Part shown: positions 1-14,375 of the stretch, one piece after another | Layout of the letters: the number at the start of each line of letters is the position of its first letter | How positions within the stretch are numbered: the first letter of the stretch is position 1 | Origin: Catajapyx aquilonaris | Lineage: Eukaryota | Direction of reading: 5' to 3' | NCBI GenBank assembly: GCA_000934665.2 | Contig: JYFJ02001598.1 | Coordinates: forward strand, 1-64,000 | DNA: 64,000 bases | Notes under the pieces: generated by a model | What the model saw: only the letters and a program-made list of their open reading frames with translations | Databases searched by the model: none | What the model was told of the DNA's origin: nothing | Translations under genes and position numbers: made by a program

Positions 1-3000
1 TGTACAGAATAATTATATTTAGATTGTATAGAATAATGTATTAGAATGTCTAGAATTGTTTAGCAATTATTAACTGAACTACATGTATCAGGCAACTTTG
101 TACAATGTTGTTCTGCGGCATCTCGAAATAACAAGGGTCGTTCATACACAGCTTTTGTTTGAATAAGCTTGCAGCATTTAGCTGTCATTTTTTCAGACGA
201 AGCAATAAGCTGACAGTGCAATGCCCGAATTACACATGCAGAAAATCACGGTTGGATATGAAGGGAGCTTTCACACTGCGGCAGACCAAACGAGTTCTTT
301 TTTGCGCCTGCGAACGCGGGAAAATATAGGATTACCCTTGTAACAATAGGAAGCAAAATTATGGTTTTCCCACAAAAAAAAATACTGGATGAAAATGTCA
401 GAACTGCCTTTACTATAAAAATACAATAGGGAGCAGTTCAAAATCTACAAAAGAGTCTGATTAATCAAAAAGTAAAGACAAATTTTCAAGGTGCCTCGCA
501 GGACCAATGTCCTAAAATGCAAATTGCTCCCACAGATGTAGAAATATATTTTAGAGAAATAATTACACTGAAAGTTGTGTTCCCAATTTGTTCGTTTTAA
601 AAACCAGTGTTCCCAATTAGGCTTTAGGCTAAAACATGTTGGCCAGTATTTCAAAAAATCCATAGACTAGAATGCAAGTTGGCATTGGAAAACAGGCTAC
701 ATTGCATATTTTGCTCCAGTATGAGTGTACACACAAAAAGAGATTTGAGAATTTATTGTTAATGATATGTGCATAATATTTGGGCAAATTTTAACTATGC
801 GTTGTGGCAAGCATTTCTGTTCCTGGAAAGTTTAGTCTCTAATATATTTTTTTCCTTTTAAAAAACCATTCTATAGACCATTCTAGTGATCTCCCACAAT
901 ATACCAGGCAAATTGAAAATAGGATCTCCTTGCACCTAAACAGCCTCACTGCCTCATGCATTTTCGCCCTAAAGGGGGTATTACACCGCTTAGATTAGAG
1001 GCTCTACAGTTGCCCATGCAGAGGTACCGTGCCAGCCAGACTGCTGAAGCTCCATGGAACACACCAAAATCTAAGCTCAACTGTGCCGCGAATTCCCCCC
1101 CCCCCCCCAAAAAAAAACAACTCACTCCCTTTTGCATAATTATAGGACTTCTGCGAATTGTTGGCAACAATTTGCAGAAGTCCTACTTATGCTAATCCCG
1201 ACCCTCTCTAGGGCAATGGCTCCACTTGTACTTTTGGGACCACTCAGATCGGACCTGGTGTGATTCATGTGGCCGCCATTTGACGGCACTCTTAACCCAC
1301 TTAGCGGCCGATATATCAATCATTCAGCGACACTTGACTCCCACGATATCTTCCCCATGGAGTGGGCCATGGGGATCAAGATTTCTCCACGTTTTGCCAT
1401 ACTCGGTTCCCCCGTTTGAGAGCGGATTATAGTCCCGCAAGGAAACGTCTCCCACGAGAATCGATAATGTCCCTACATTAGTCGAGCGACAGTACAGTAG
1501 CCTACAGTGCTTCCATGTCAGCATTGTCGGCAGCCTTGTTCAAATCCCATTGAGTGGCACGGATATTTACGACACCCACAGAGCAAAATAGCAAGCTGTT
1601 CAAAATGGGCTTCGCCTTTCGAAACAATTTTCTTGTCTCCAGAAATCCAATATTGTGTCATCGACCTATTCAATTGATGCTGCTTTCAGCTCATGTTTCT
1701 GTAACGGGTATGGTCCCCCGTAAATAAAACCTTATGTGCATGAACCATTCCCAGCTAGCGCTTCCGGCAATTATACGCAAAAGAGGGAGAATAATGAGAA
1801 ACCTAATCAAGTTTGGTAATTGAGACACCTGGTTCATGTCTCAATGAAGCGTGGGTATAAGTAAGTTACGTGTGGATGACGAGAATAGTTCGGTAGAGAG
1901 GATGTTGTGTAATATGCACGGTGACGATGGAAAGCGTTGACACTGCTTTGCGGGAGTTTTCAGGCCGCCTAAGTCGATTTGTGGTGTATCAGGTCCGGAG
2001 TTTTGGGGGTGACGGTGGAGCCATGGCCAGCATTTTGGTTTGACCTGATGGTGGCGACCAATAGAAACGGAAGTACGGGGTATGTCCGTGCTGCCTCAAA
2101 TTTATGTCAGAAATTTTGAGGAGATTTCCAGTAATGTATAATCGAAGATAGTTTTAAAATGGTAAGCAATCAAAAATATCTCCAACTTGGCTGAATTAGT
2201 CACACTATTCCGGTTTCCTCCGTTCTTCACAATCATGGTTATGCCATTTTTATCTCAATACTAGAACGCATATTTTTCGGAGATTTGACAGTGACATATT
2301 GCGTTCAATCGTCCTGGATTCCACCTGCCCATCCCAACCCAAACGCGATAACTGAGGGCGATAAGACTTCACGATGACGTGAAGTCGTCATGGATTTGAC
2401 ACAAACTATTCCTCGACGTATGCTCGACATGCGATATGAAAGATATGACAACCCTCCAATGTGTTTTAAAATGGTCTTATCTGAGTTTTCGTCTTTATTT
2501 GGTAGTGGGCAGTGGGTAATATTAATATTCACTCTTATGGGTCAAAGCTGCGTGTTAAACTTGAAAGCAGCTTATAATGATATGTAAACAGATATAGAAA
2601 TTAAATCAATTTACTTACAATTTCGTAATCTTCCAGAGCGTACTTCTGCTTGTTCCGAAGAGAACGTTTCGCAAGATATATGGCATATTCCAAGTTGTCA
2701 GGGTTGTGTTGCTGCGATGGCCAATAATACGGCGTCTGTCAAAGAAAGAAATAGTGCATATCCCTTGCACGTTAGCAGGTATACACTGTAAATAACACAC
2801 GCATATTAAGTACATTATACTGTAATACTGAGTAGATTTATTCTGAAATCAATGAATGAAGGCGCAATGCGGCGTGGAATATAAAACCCAAACATGGATG
2901 TAGAAAAAAATCCTCTTAGGTCAACCCCAATAAGTTTCAAATAACAGCCTTCAGATGTTCATTAACTGGAAACTCAATCGCGGGGAATACCCAAACATGT

Positions 3001-6000
3001 GACACTAATTACGCCTCTTCCTTGTGGCCCTCAGTCCACAAAGAACGTCAATTAAAGACGTCGTAAAGCCACAAGTGATACATTTACTCGAAAACTTTTC
3101 CCCGTGATAAAGTTGAAAGGTATTTCATTTTTCGCTTCGGTTTTCTTCATTTTTGTCGAAACGGAAAAGCTTGGGTGTCATTAGCGTTACCAGCCCCCAT
3201 AATTATTCCTCGCTCTTAAAAGAAGTTTGAAGTGTTTAATTTCAAGCGGCATGGTATGTCAAGAGAGCAAGGGCCTCGGGCTCTGTGTTTTAATTCCCAC
3301 CATCTCCAAGGAAAAATAAATTGATCCAACATCGTACAGTGACCCAGCACCAAAAACTCGGCTGAACCTAGATTCAATCCCAGCAGGCAATGCCAACTGC
3401 CTAGCCTGACAAGGGCTTCTGTTTTATCAGTGACCAAATGAAAGAAAAGTGTAGTGACATGTAATGCAGGCTGGCCTGCAGACCCTCTCACGAATGCAGT
3501 CCAGATTGGAAAGCACAACATTAAAAGCCAGCAACGTAGAAGCGTCAGGAAATGACTTGCATTTCAAGCTCCACGTCAAAGGCTATGACAAATGAAGTGG
3601 CAGCAGCAAGACAGCAACTCTGCGGGATTGTACGGGAAATCGAATCAAACGGACAAGAGAAGGGTGAAAATTGAGTTGGACCATCGGACTTTCTCCTCGC
3701 CTCGGACATGCTGCCTTCCAACAAACACTCGTGATTGTCCTCTTCTTTTCCAACTCCACTTCTGCACTCAGTGGAGTCAGGTGTCTCAAACTTTGAAACC
3801 CTATATATTGTTACGTGCTGAAGAGCGAAATAAATGACGCACATGCTTGCACTGAGACTTTTCAGGCTATAAAATAGGTCCGTAGACATCACTTCAGTAC
3901 CCATTTCCGACCTTCAATATAGCCCTACTCAGCATGATGGGGGTAATGCTCTTATGGTTTGTACGTCCGATGTAAGTCCCGTGTAAGTATGGACAAGATA
4001 AGACTAACGAGTAAGTACAGTGTATAACCTTCTGATTTAAAAATGTACGCGGTTTGTGTTAAATTTTTACTAATGGCGTCCTTATATGAATTATTTTATC
4101 CCCTCATTCACTCATCCTGCAGTGCATTGGATTATCTGGAATCCCAAAAAGAGCGTAGTTTCAGGCTGTGTCCCTTGAGTCCGTATGATTTTTCAATGTA
4201 TGGGCCAGCCCTCGCTTTAATGACGTAATACGTCCGACAAAAGCTGCCCGTAAAGCAAATATTCATAAAGCGACAGCACTATTTCCACCAATTTAAACTG
4301 TAAAAATTTAATGCTTTTCTGAGCCCCAAGAGCTTGTTCCTTTTTCACTCCACTTCTACACCTAAAGGAAAAGAATGAACCAAAGACGTATTGGAAGAAT
4401 GAAACCAAACAAGTGAAAACAAGCTGAAGCCACATAAGGTGATTGTAGCTTCTGTTACAACCGTTTAGTAAAGAGGCACGGTTAAAGTCGGACAGAGAGA
4501 TAGACAGTTACTGTGATCTGGATAACTTTAACTGACACGAGTGATGCTCTGTAAATGTTTATGAAAAAAGTAAAATACGCTGGACCATCTTTAGAACAAC
4601 TCGGAACACCACCCGAGGTGCTCACTAGAGCATCGAAGTGACTAATACCTCATTGGTCCTGCTCTCACTGCCAGTGCAGTATATAGATAAAGGGTATCCG
4701 TCTTTTTCACTTTCATGTAGAGCACATAAACTCTTAGCAAAACTTTTCCTTGAACGTTTCGTTACTGTTAGCATATATGTATGAAGCAGGCCTCTCAAAG
4801 GAAAGAGAACCACTAATGAGATCATGTCAGAAACTCCTCGGCAACTTTTACTGTGGCGTAGGTGCAACTTGGTGGCGTGTGGTCCAACTCACATACAAAA
4901 AAACTCAGCTGCTGATATTCGCTGAAGGCACCAAGAATATGGCTTGTCCTGGAAGTATTCCAATATGTGCGAAACCAGGCAGGCAGATACAAGCCCGAAC
5001 TTGTTAGGTAGTTCCATACCACAAACTGACGGATTTTGCCTACCTAAATCAGTTTTACATCGTGGATAAGCTGGGGAATTTGAACTGGGGCTGGCGGGCT
5101 GTATCAAATAAACTGGTGGAGCTGACCCTCTATGCTATAGTAAGAAAATAATTCTCCCCTTAATTAGAATGATATTGATCACCAATATATTGCAAATTAC
5201 GAAATTCTGCAAGAGTGCGGATAAAACTAACAATGGTATATATAATTATGTAGAATGTTTCTTACCTGGAAGCGATATAAGGAGCTGTCATCCTTCACCA
5301 CCAGCATCTTGGAGTCGCCCACAGGGAAGAAGTAGCCATGCTGGCAGAGCAGGTTGGCCAAATGTAGAGCTTCCACTATAGGACAAAGGTATTTTAAGTT
5401 ATGTAAAAATGTGGCAAAGATATAATAGCATCATGCATATGGTAACAACAGCATATGAGCTTATTTTTGCATGCTGTGATTAACTATTTTTAATATGGCA
5501 ACTGTCAATGCAATCCCTCACAAAGCTCATTTCATTTACGTTGCCGAGTGTATGTAACGGATAATAGTTGGTCCTCTGACGATACCAAAGCATTACCACA
5601 AAATAATTCAAGCATGCTTGAATAATTTTGTCGCCCGTAATAGAGTATATGCCTCAAAAGCAAGCACGTAGGACTACTAGAGTTCCATTTTTAAATAATA
5701 CAGCTGTGCCATCCTCTACAGCGTTAAGTTGTATACTAGTGTGCTCTAATTTTTATGCAAAGTCCAGCAAATTCCCGAGTTCCATGTTGCATAAATACGT
5801 CAGCAGCAACATGTACCATCTACCATTCTGGTATATAGGTTACATATTTTAAGAGGCATAGTAGCTGGAATATTGCTATGAGAGGAGAGGGAAGTAAGTA
5901 CTGTCTTGTAGTTATAGGGTGGTAGTTTTCACGTTCATCACAAGAAATGACGAGGTTCTGTATCACCCAGTTATCACCATGTATTTGTAAGCCTTTTCTG

Positions 6001-6984
6001 CTTTTTCCCCCTGCTTTTTATTCAGTGTCATAAGGTAGACTAAGTACTATACACTAATTATACACTGAAACATAATTCAAATAAATCCTGACATTCGCAG
6101 CATTGAAAATCATTAGGTCAGACATATAAAATTCGTGTACATATCAGTGCCAAATCGGCATGTGTCCTTGCCGAAAGTTATTTTGCATAAAAACGTGCAA
6201 TGTCATTAATTATATATTTTCATGTGTTTAGTACTGATTTTAGCAATCATCCTCTTATTTAAGTGTTCGTTAAACATGAAATTCTTCGATCGTTAAATAT
6301 TTTAAGAAGCTTAGATATCTCTCGAGAAAATCCAAGTTTAATAAAACACCGGCATATAATTACATCCGCCGGTGAGGAGATGAACATATCCTAATGAGGT
6401 ACTCAAAGGGATTCATAATTTATAGATACTGTACAAGACATCTCTAAAAATAAGCTGGGAAATGTAGCACTGGTGTCTATAGTATAGCGCGAAGTTAAGC
6501 TTGCCGAGAGCTCTCCAATAATAAAATCAGCATCTAAAGAAATATCCGTCATAGAGCTAGACATCTAGATCTTTCTACAATGCTTCCCAGTTAATAATGA
6601 AAAGAAAGGTAGTATACTTAGTGCTCAGGCTGAATCTAGAGATAAAATTGAAAATAATTTAGCTGCCTGGATGATGAGACTACACTACACTCTCTAGTGT
6701 CAGAGACACACTGAAAAAATCACATCGACTATGCACATAACGGAAACGAAATGGTCGCAAATATGATTACTAATGTATAGTGAAAACACTTCATAAAAAC
6801 CACGCACAACTACTTAACAAGTGTAGATTTCATGTTAAAAAGCCATTTGATAACCATGTGACATAAATATGCTACTTGTGGTATAACTCCTAGTGTAATC
6901 CAGCCTACTACATTGTGTTTTCCTGTGTCAGTCGCAACAAGGAGCGCAAAATGTCGTGTTTCTCACTCGTGTCGGATTACGAGT

Positions 6985-7185
6985 TGGTTGAGTTGAAGGA
7001 GCGGTCCCGTCTTCATCAAGATTTGTGTCAAACTCTGGGAAAGAACGTGTGGCGGAAATCCATATAAGATGCGGCAGACAGAGCTCGGGGATGAGGCAGT
7101 GAGCCGTTCAAAGACATTCCTGTGGTTCACCCGCTTCCGGGATGGGCCAACATCAGCCGGAGATGATGAACGAACGCTCCGGGGG
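6985..7185 (+). pseudogene. Decayed mariner transposase N-terminal (HTH) fragment
   Basis: ORF 7069 reads ELGDEAVSRSKTFLWFTRFRDGPTSAGDDER, matching the mariner motif YGDEALSR..VF.WF.RF..GR.S..DD.RSG. The frameshifted upstream part reads VFIKICVKL. It is interrupted by a poly-G/N run. Confidence 0.75.
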
Positions 7186-8938
7186 GGGGGGGGGGNGGGC
7201 AAACAACACCATGTACGCACCCACTCAACGCTTGTCACAAACACTTCCACCTGGACTCACAAGGAATCAGGATTTCTATTGGCCAAGGCTTACGACACTT
7301 CCCAGTTGCTGAGACGTCCAAGTGGATTACTCAAATGCCTCTTACACTCTGTGGTGTCCTGGAAGCTTCCATTCTGTGCCACTAAGACTGAGGCTGAAAT
7401 ATTGCCGACCAGGTGATGTCACATAGCTTGGGTGCTGAATGATTCCAGTCACATCATATTTGCACCGAGATGACATTAGGTGCCAAAAGCTTTCAGTCAA
7501 ATAAATAATGCTTTGAGCCTAGCTTTTCAACGATTTTTTTAACGTACTTGGCGCATGTGTGTCATTTATTGAATCATTTACTTGTGTAAAGAATCCTGAG
7601 GTGACAATAGTACAGAAAATTGAAACAATAATGCAGCCTTTCAACGTTCTTCAAGTCTTACAAGTCATAGGATCAGTACTACTTTTAAAATTGTCCAAGA
7701 AATACTTTTTTTTGCGACTGTTAGGCGAAGTGCTGCGGTCAAGAGGCGAGGGTGTTGAACCCGCACTCTATTGGCTAGACCTGTACAGCTCTTGACTTTT
7801 GATACGGAGCAGTAGAGAAAATGATAAATCTACCAAACATAATACTGTATACGTTCCGTCCTGGAATTGAAACCAAGGTCCAAAAAAGCCTCCGATCGAA
7901 GCTGGTCAGTCTCTTTCTACGACCACGTTATGTATTGCCCCTATGTAAGGACCAGTTTTTGCGTCTCTGTTAACGTGTATAAAAAAAGGCACAATTGATG
8001 TTCGGACAGGTTTCGTAAGTACCATGACAAATACTCTTCCTCTCGCGTCGGTTTCAAATGTGGCATCGTTGCTCCAGGGCGGATCGAAAATTCTTCTGGA
8101 ACTGTGCTCGGAAGCGCTATTCATATCGTCATATTTCTGGGTGTCCCGTTTGATATAGACGTCGTAAATCTTAGTATGACTAAATGGCCACCATCAACTA
8201 GTCTATAATATTCGGCTATAGCGCTCATGGAAGACATTTGCCCCCCAACAGTAGCAGAGTGCTGCTCGATTCGGACCTAAAATGGTGTTATTATGAAGGA
8301 ACTCAACTTATTTTATGAAGATCGTGTACACCAGGTGGTCCACGATAATCTGCCACACTATGTCACAAAACAGCATTTAGTAACCAGTAATGTGTAAAGT
8401 ATTTAATATCTTAATCATATTTAATTAACAACGAATGTCATAGGATAGTAAAACATAATTTGAATGTAATTGGTGACAAAAAATTCCACTATACACCGAG
8501 TGCGTTGATGTCTCGTAATAAGAGTGTGTTCCGATTGAATTGTCCGAAGTGATTATGGAATTCATTGTTTTTGGGGCGTTTTGGGGTGTTACTTTGGAAC
8601 AGTTGCTTTTAGAGGATATCAAAGATTAGCTTCTAATATTAGGCTAAATAAACGCATCATTGTTAACTAATGCAGGTAGATCTGTCCTGCAAAAATTGGG
8701 TTTATCCATTGACCTCGGGTGCAAGTGTGTCAGAATAGTCAATGGCAATTATTTCGGCTGGAAAAATTGTCATTCAGGTCCACAAGGCAAACTAATAACA
8801 GCAGTTAACATTTTAATAACAGACTAATACAGTTGTATATTAGCTTATTGATAATAAGCAGCTTAGTGCTAAAAGTCGCTAACCATTAGGGGCACTTTAA
8901 TTATTGGAACGCGGTGTATATTTTCAGTGGCTATAGTA

Positions 8939-9004
8939 ATTTTTAATTTTAATTTTAATTTATTTATTTGTGTACCCAGTTAGGCAAATGCCCATACATG
9001 GGGG
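8939..9004 (-). mobile_element. 5'-truncated non-LTR retroposon 3' tail (66 bp)
   Basis: Perfect 14-bp direct repeat cagtggctatagta at 8925-8938 and 9005-9018. The minus strand has a small hairpin (ggc-attt-gcc) followed by an A-rich tail. Confidence 0.8.
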
Positions 9005-11899
9005 CAGTGGCTATAGTATGTGCCACGAGCCCATAGAAATTTCAGACCACTGCACTGCAGAGTAAGGTATAACGCAGTCAGCAAGTCACAGTGCCGATCT
9101 ATCGATACCGTCATTTACGTCAACGTCAATGGCGGTAATGATATGCCTTTCACATTAGATTTGTGCAATTTCGCATGCCTAACCCAACATCCAGCCCAAC
9201 CTAATAATCTGCTTCGCACGTGTTCTACATAAACCACCTCCTTTGCATCGTGAAGGCTCAGTTGGGCTGCACAAACGTTCCACTTGCTGGTACTGTTTGT
9301 ATCTGCTAACTGCTGAGCCCTAGCATTACAATACAGAAAGCAAAGCAAGATATCTTATGTGCACCTCGATTACTGCTGATGGTGCTCTGGGTAAAGTAAC
9401 TGCGTCACCGGTACTGTACTGATGCCCACCTACGGCCTGCATGGTGAATTTAAATTTAAATTCCATTGTCAGATCAGTTACTGGTTGTTTTGAATGACGT
9501 TTTTTTCTCTTTCAGTATATGTCAGCTGTAAGAAAATGTCATTTATTATTTTCCTGAGAAGTCCGATGTACTGTACTGTACTGCGCAGCCCTTTTCAGGT
9601 TCATGTGTCCTTAGGTAGCTATAAATATGACACAAACATTCACATTGCATTTTTCACTTACCGGTATATCAACATTCAGATTAGATTTAAACCCACCCAT
9701 TTTGATCTGACAGCCTTAACGTGGGAAGTAGATTTCCATATGAATTGTGACTATACCCACGCAAATGAGAGAGAACATCATATTTCGTGGTAGCCCAGGT
9801 GCCCTCTCCCCACCGCAATCAAAAACAGATGGCTGAATACCCAGAAGTCGAGTAATGCTGCTTATAATCTACTATACGGCTTTATAATGCTGCTCAATGT
9901 TCTAGCATTAATGGAATAATTTTGTCTCTTTTTTGTAGTTGAGCTGTGGAGAAGTATCATTAACAGAAGGGTACTTCTGGAAGTTGGGCTTAAAAATGAT
10001 AAAACAATCATTAATTCTAAATCTACCGCATCATTAGTAAAAATAACGTAAGTGTCCAATTTCAGATAATAGCGGATATTTTCCCGTGGGATCACACTTT
10101 GGGAGCCCAAATTATTGAAGGACTAACTTCATTTTTGTTCAGTAGTTGACTACGATTTCATAACAGGAGACCCCCCACTTTTACCTATACTTTCCTAGGC
10201 GTGTATCTGCTGAAGGATAGGTTGCGTGAATCCGCTGGGAAGGAAGGTTAAGGTCATAAAGTAGGTTGGTGCAGCGTGCCCCTACCCCTGCAACATTCCC
10301 ATTACGAAAGTTCTTCTTATTAGTTTAGTAATGCTTCAGGTGGAAATAATTTATCGCCAGTTTGGGTTTATCAGGCAGGGTAAATGAACACGTCAGAATC
10401 TAATCATTAAGAAAGTGGCTAATGCTACACCCTTGTGAAACACAGCCAATCAAGGGGTCATTTCTTATTTGGTGACATGTCACAATCGTGTCAGGAAAGG
10501 CTAATCATATGTTTGCCGCAATGTGAACGCTCAAACTTATCGCGATAAATTCACCATTCTGTCTACAGTCATCTGGCTCAGTAGTACGGTAATATTTAAT
10601 CACTAATTAAATCCAAACGCTACTTCAACTGTATCTGCAATGCCAGCGCAGCTCATGTAACAGACTCGCAAATTTTTTTGCACGTTCTATACTCGTCCCA
10701 ATTAATTATTATCAACACCCGCTTCACGACACGGAATGAGTTTATCTCTGACCACCTGGTTACATTATCGCACCTACATTTTTTTTAAAAAAAAATGCCT
10801 ACCGACATACCTCACGCCTCTCGTCACGTTACTCAGTCACCTCACATCGCGTTCTCCACGTCCAAAATGCCCAATAAGATTAAGATTTTATTTTTATACA
10901 TATAATTATATACACTCATTTTTTATTAATAAAACGGGCTTGTGCTTTTCCCCGCCAGCCTTTTTGTCAGTTCCAATAAAGGAGTTGGCACGTTCGGTTG
11001 CAGAAATGAGGCGAACATTGATTTTCGAGTGCAGCCCACAAACTGAACCCTGAATTTTGCGGTTGGAGTGAGAAGAGGCTGTAGAAGACTGGGGGGTTAA
11101 GAAAAGGTATAGGCTGTATAGATACTACGTAGTCAGGATCTGCTGAGCTCATCAGTAAACATCAAGTTGGTATGGTGACGCCAGACATGCCCACTCCCTA
11201 TCTTGTTTTCCCCTCACCAGCTACAACCTACGCCATCCACCCATACGCATACACACGTAATGATCTACATCCTACACGCCCCACAGTATCTGATCATACC
11301 AAACCTGCTGGTCGATTTGGACGCTGCTGCACGTAGTACCATACCAGATTTTCTTTAACGGCCACAGAAAAATAAGATGTCCACTTTGTACAGGAGATTG
11401 TTTCTGCGCCACTGTGTCACCATCAAGTTTGAAAGGGGATACCAAAAAAAAAAAAGGATTGTGTCGAAAGTTTGTTATTGCAGGGTGCAGGTGGTAGTTA
11501 ACAAATCGGCAATAAGGCTGTGGATTCTGTGGGACTGGATAGCTTCTGGGAAATGGGAAGTGGCACAAGTTGAGGAATGCCAGTTGTGCGGTGAGGTGTG
11601 GAACTTTTCTGGACGTTGCACTGATTACGTATGATTGTTGTTGATTTATTTTCGCGACATATTAGAGGGTATAGGGTAAGAGCTCTATATACGTCACAAT
11701 TATTCAGCTAGCTTGGTCGGTATAACGCTTTAATTGAACGGGTTTGGTGATGATACAACTCTTTCTTTGTTATCCAAATGAGAGTGCAGGGTACGCGCCA
11801 CACATAAAAAAGACAACCTCATTACACCGTGATATATTGATATATTAAGGATAGAAAATGTGCGTTTGGATGCAGAAAAGTTCGGCCACCGCGCGACGC

Positions 11900-12510
11900 T
11901 ATTCATCTAGCAGTTCCGGCTGGGTGAGGTAATGAAAAATTGTCGTACTTTATCACGGTAAAATTTGGCCACCAAGCATTCAACTGAGCTGTGGTGTTGC
12001 TTGTGCGTGCTACTAACCACAGGTTTTTGTCCAAAATTATTCGAGGCAACCCAGCTAAATATATTCCTACAGGAATATCAAAATGGTAAGTTCAGTCATA
12101 TCATCGCAAAACACTTGCAAGCTGTGAGGTTCATACGCTAATTCAGGACATACGACAAGGACACTGGAACGTTCACCCCAATAAATGATATGGCGTCCCA
12201 TGTAAAACCAGGCAAGAGAATAGCAGCATTTCTTCCTCTTCTCAAACGGCAAAGACAACTCGTCGCTGATTGGAGGAACACTCTATACCAATATTACCCG
12301 GCACTCTTCCTAATTGACCACATCAAACCCATTGAGAATATCTAACGGTGTATGAAGCAGGGGCTGTGACAATTCCGACCACGTACAATGGGAAAATCTG
12401 AAAGAGGTATCGAGCAATATCACCCAGAGAAGTGCCCTCATCTCTTTGACTCCATGGCAGCCCGCATAGAGGCCGTCATTACCGACAAACGCCATGTCAC
12501 ACGCTATTCA
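11900..12510 (+). pseudogene. Decayed Tc1-family transposase
   Basis: cccattgagaatatc encodes PIENI (Tc1 motif SPDLNPIENxW). The C-terminus LFDSMAARIEAVITDKRHVTRY matches Tc1 SMPRRIEAVIxAKGGxTKY. It contains stops and frameshifts. Confidence 0.8.
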
Positions 12511-12769
12511 GGAGGCCTACCTAACTGCTGTGAATCGCGTCGTGCTGTGTCGGAAATATTCTGCATCCGGACCCACATTTTCTCCAGTTTATACGCTCTC
12601 TTTATCAGGTACGGTACGGAAAGTGTCATCTTACTCATCTACCCTTATTGTTTGATGATAACAGCAGTTCGATCACTCCCTATATTTATTGTGTAAGTAA
12701 ATGTTTTTCTTGAACTTGACCATGTTGTTCTAGGGTGGCCTAACTATTATGATGGATGATGGACTTATA

Positions 12770-13307
12770 CAGGATGTTTCTGACTAGTAGGTCAAGCCGC
12801 AAATGGCATATTCCTTTGCCCAAACCAAGTCTAAAATGTAGGGGGGAGAAATGTCGAGGGACCAACCTGTAACGAGGTGGACGACCCGAAACATTGGCCT
12901 ACCCCTAGACACAGGCGGCAACACACACGACGCCTCTTTGTAGAGAGATGCCCTGGCAGATGGACTCGAGCACCTTATAGGGGTTTACTAGTGAGCAGGA
13001 TATGGGCGTGATAATCATGACTGATGGGATTTTGTGAGATCACCTCTTTCGCAGAAGTGATTATCATGCTCATATCCTGCTCCCTATAGGAAACCCCTGT
13101 AAGTTGAGCGGGTCCACCTGCCAGGAGATCTTGATACAAAGAGGCGTCGTGTGTGTTGCCGCATGTGTCTAGGGGTAGGACAATGTTTCTGGTCGTCTAC
13201 CTCGTTACAGGTTGGTCCCTCGACATTTCTCCCCCCTACATTTTAGACTTGGTTTGGGCCAAGGAATATGCCACTTGCGGCTTGACCTACTAGTAAGAAA
13301 CACCCTG
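12770..13307. mobile_element. Palindromic Tc1/mariner-type MITE (538 bp)
   Basis: Termini ta|caggatgtttc ... gaaacaccctg|ta with TA on both sides. The ~250-bp arms are near-perfect inverted repeats. Confidence 0.92.
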
Positions 13308-13463
13308 TATAATGCAAAAAAAATCTAGGATGCAAGATTCAGCAAATATTCAATGTGAAGGGCTATTTCCATTCAATCTGATATTCGCAAATTCTGTTTG
13401 ATTATCCATCAAATAAACTACAGTATAGAAAATTAGCTGTTTATTAATAATATTTATGACCTC

Positions 13464-13792
13464 GGGAGGCGGATGGTGCTGCGGTAACGCACGCACCCAC
13501 GGATGTTAAGGTCCCGGGTTCGAACCCAACCCGGGGTTCCCCCCTTCATCTCGTGCAGAGTTTAGCTATCTCTGGCTTCGTCTCGAGTGGACATTTCCGC
13601 TAGACTAATCCACCCAGGGGAGTTCACAAAATGACCAAGCAACGACATTGCACTTGCACTTTGCACATCCCCTCCTACTTACCCTTGGAACAATTAAATA
13701 ATATATTATATGGTTCCAAAAAAGATGGTGGAATTTCCACGCCCCCCCCCCCTAAGAGGGCCAAAGGGCCCTAGCACGGGGTATCTAAAAAA
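13464..13792 (+). mobile_element. tRNA-derived SINE, head A + tail Y (apparent chimera)
   Basis: A box tggtgctgcggt and B box ggttcgaacc. The body matches 14376-14725 and 20159-20527, but the 3' end (ctaagagggccaaagggccctagcacggggtat) matches 20613-20884. Possible degenerate TSD ttatgacc/ttataacc. Confidence 0.85.
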
Positions 13793-13824
13793 TTATAACC
13801 AACACGGGCATTTCAGCTGTAATA

Positions 13825-14372
13825 CTCACAAGGGAAGGTCACGGGGTGATAATGACGGATCTTGATGAAATTTAACATGCTAATACAGGACAATATATGA
13901 TACCCAAAAATGAAATATTTCGTGTGGAGGCCCATATTTGCAAAAGTTATGACGTCTTAAAGTTCCAAAAATAATACATTTTCATACTCCATGGGATTAC
14001 ATTAGCGACCACATATAATGACATTGAAGTGTGTAATCAGTTTCTAGACAGAACGGCTCTGGCCGTCCGTCCGTCCGTCCGTCTGTGGACATGTATCAAG
14101 GCCTATAAACCGCAAGAGATACAGAGCCGTTATGTAAGACTTTTTTCCGATGAGACAAAGTGTAGAAACTGATTACACACTTCAATGTGGTCTTATGTGG
14201 TCGCTAATAATGTAATCCCATTATGAACTCAATGAAAATGCTGTTTTTTTGGAACTTTAAGACCTCATAACTTTTGCAAACATGGGCCTCCGCATGAAAT
14301 TTTTTGTCTTGTATTAGCATGTTAAATTTCATCAAGATCCGTCATTATCACCCTGTGACCTTCCCTTGTCAG
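13825..14372. mobile_element. Palindromic MITE with TA target site
   Basis: Termini ta|ctcacaagggaaggtcac ... gtgaccttcccttgtcag|ta, with ~220-bp inverted arms and a (GTCC)n-containing spacer. Confidence 0.85.
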
Positions 14373-14375
14373 TAT

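Noticed and set aside
3815..3845. ctgaagagcgaaa hammerhead-like core
   Set aside because: There is no room for stem II and no convincing flanking stems.
7180..7199. Poly-G with N (also poly-C with N near 27436)
   Set aside because: Likely sequencing or assembly ambiguity in homopolymers.
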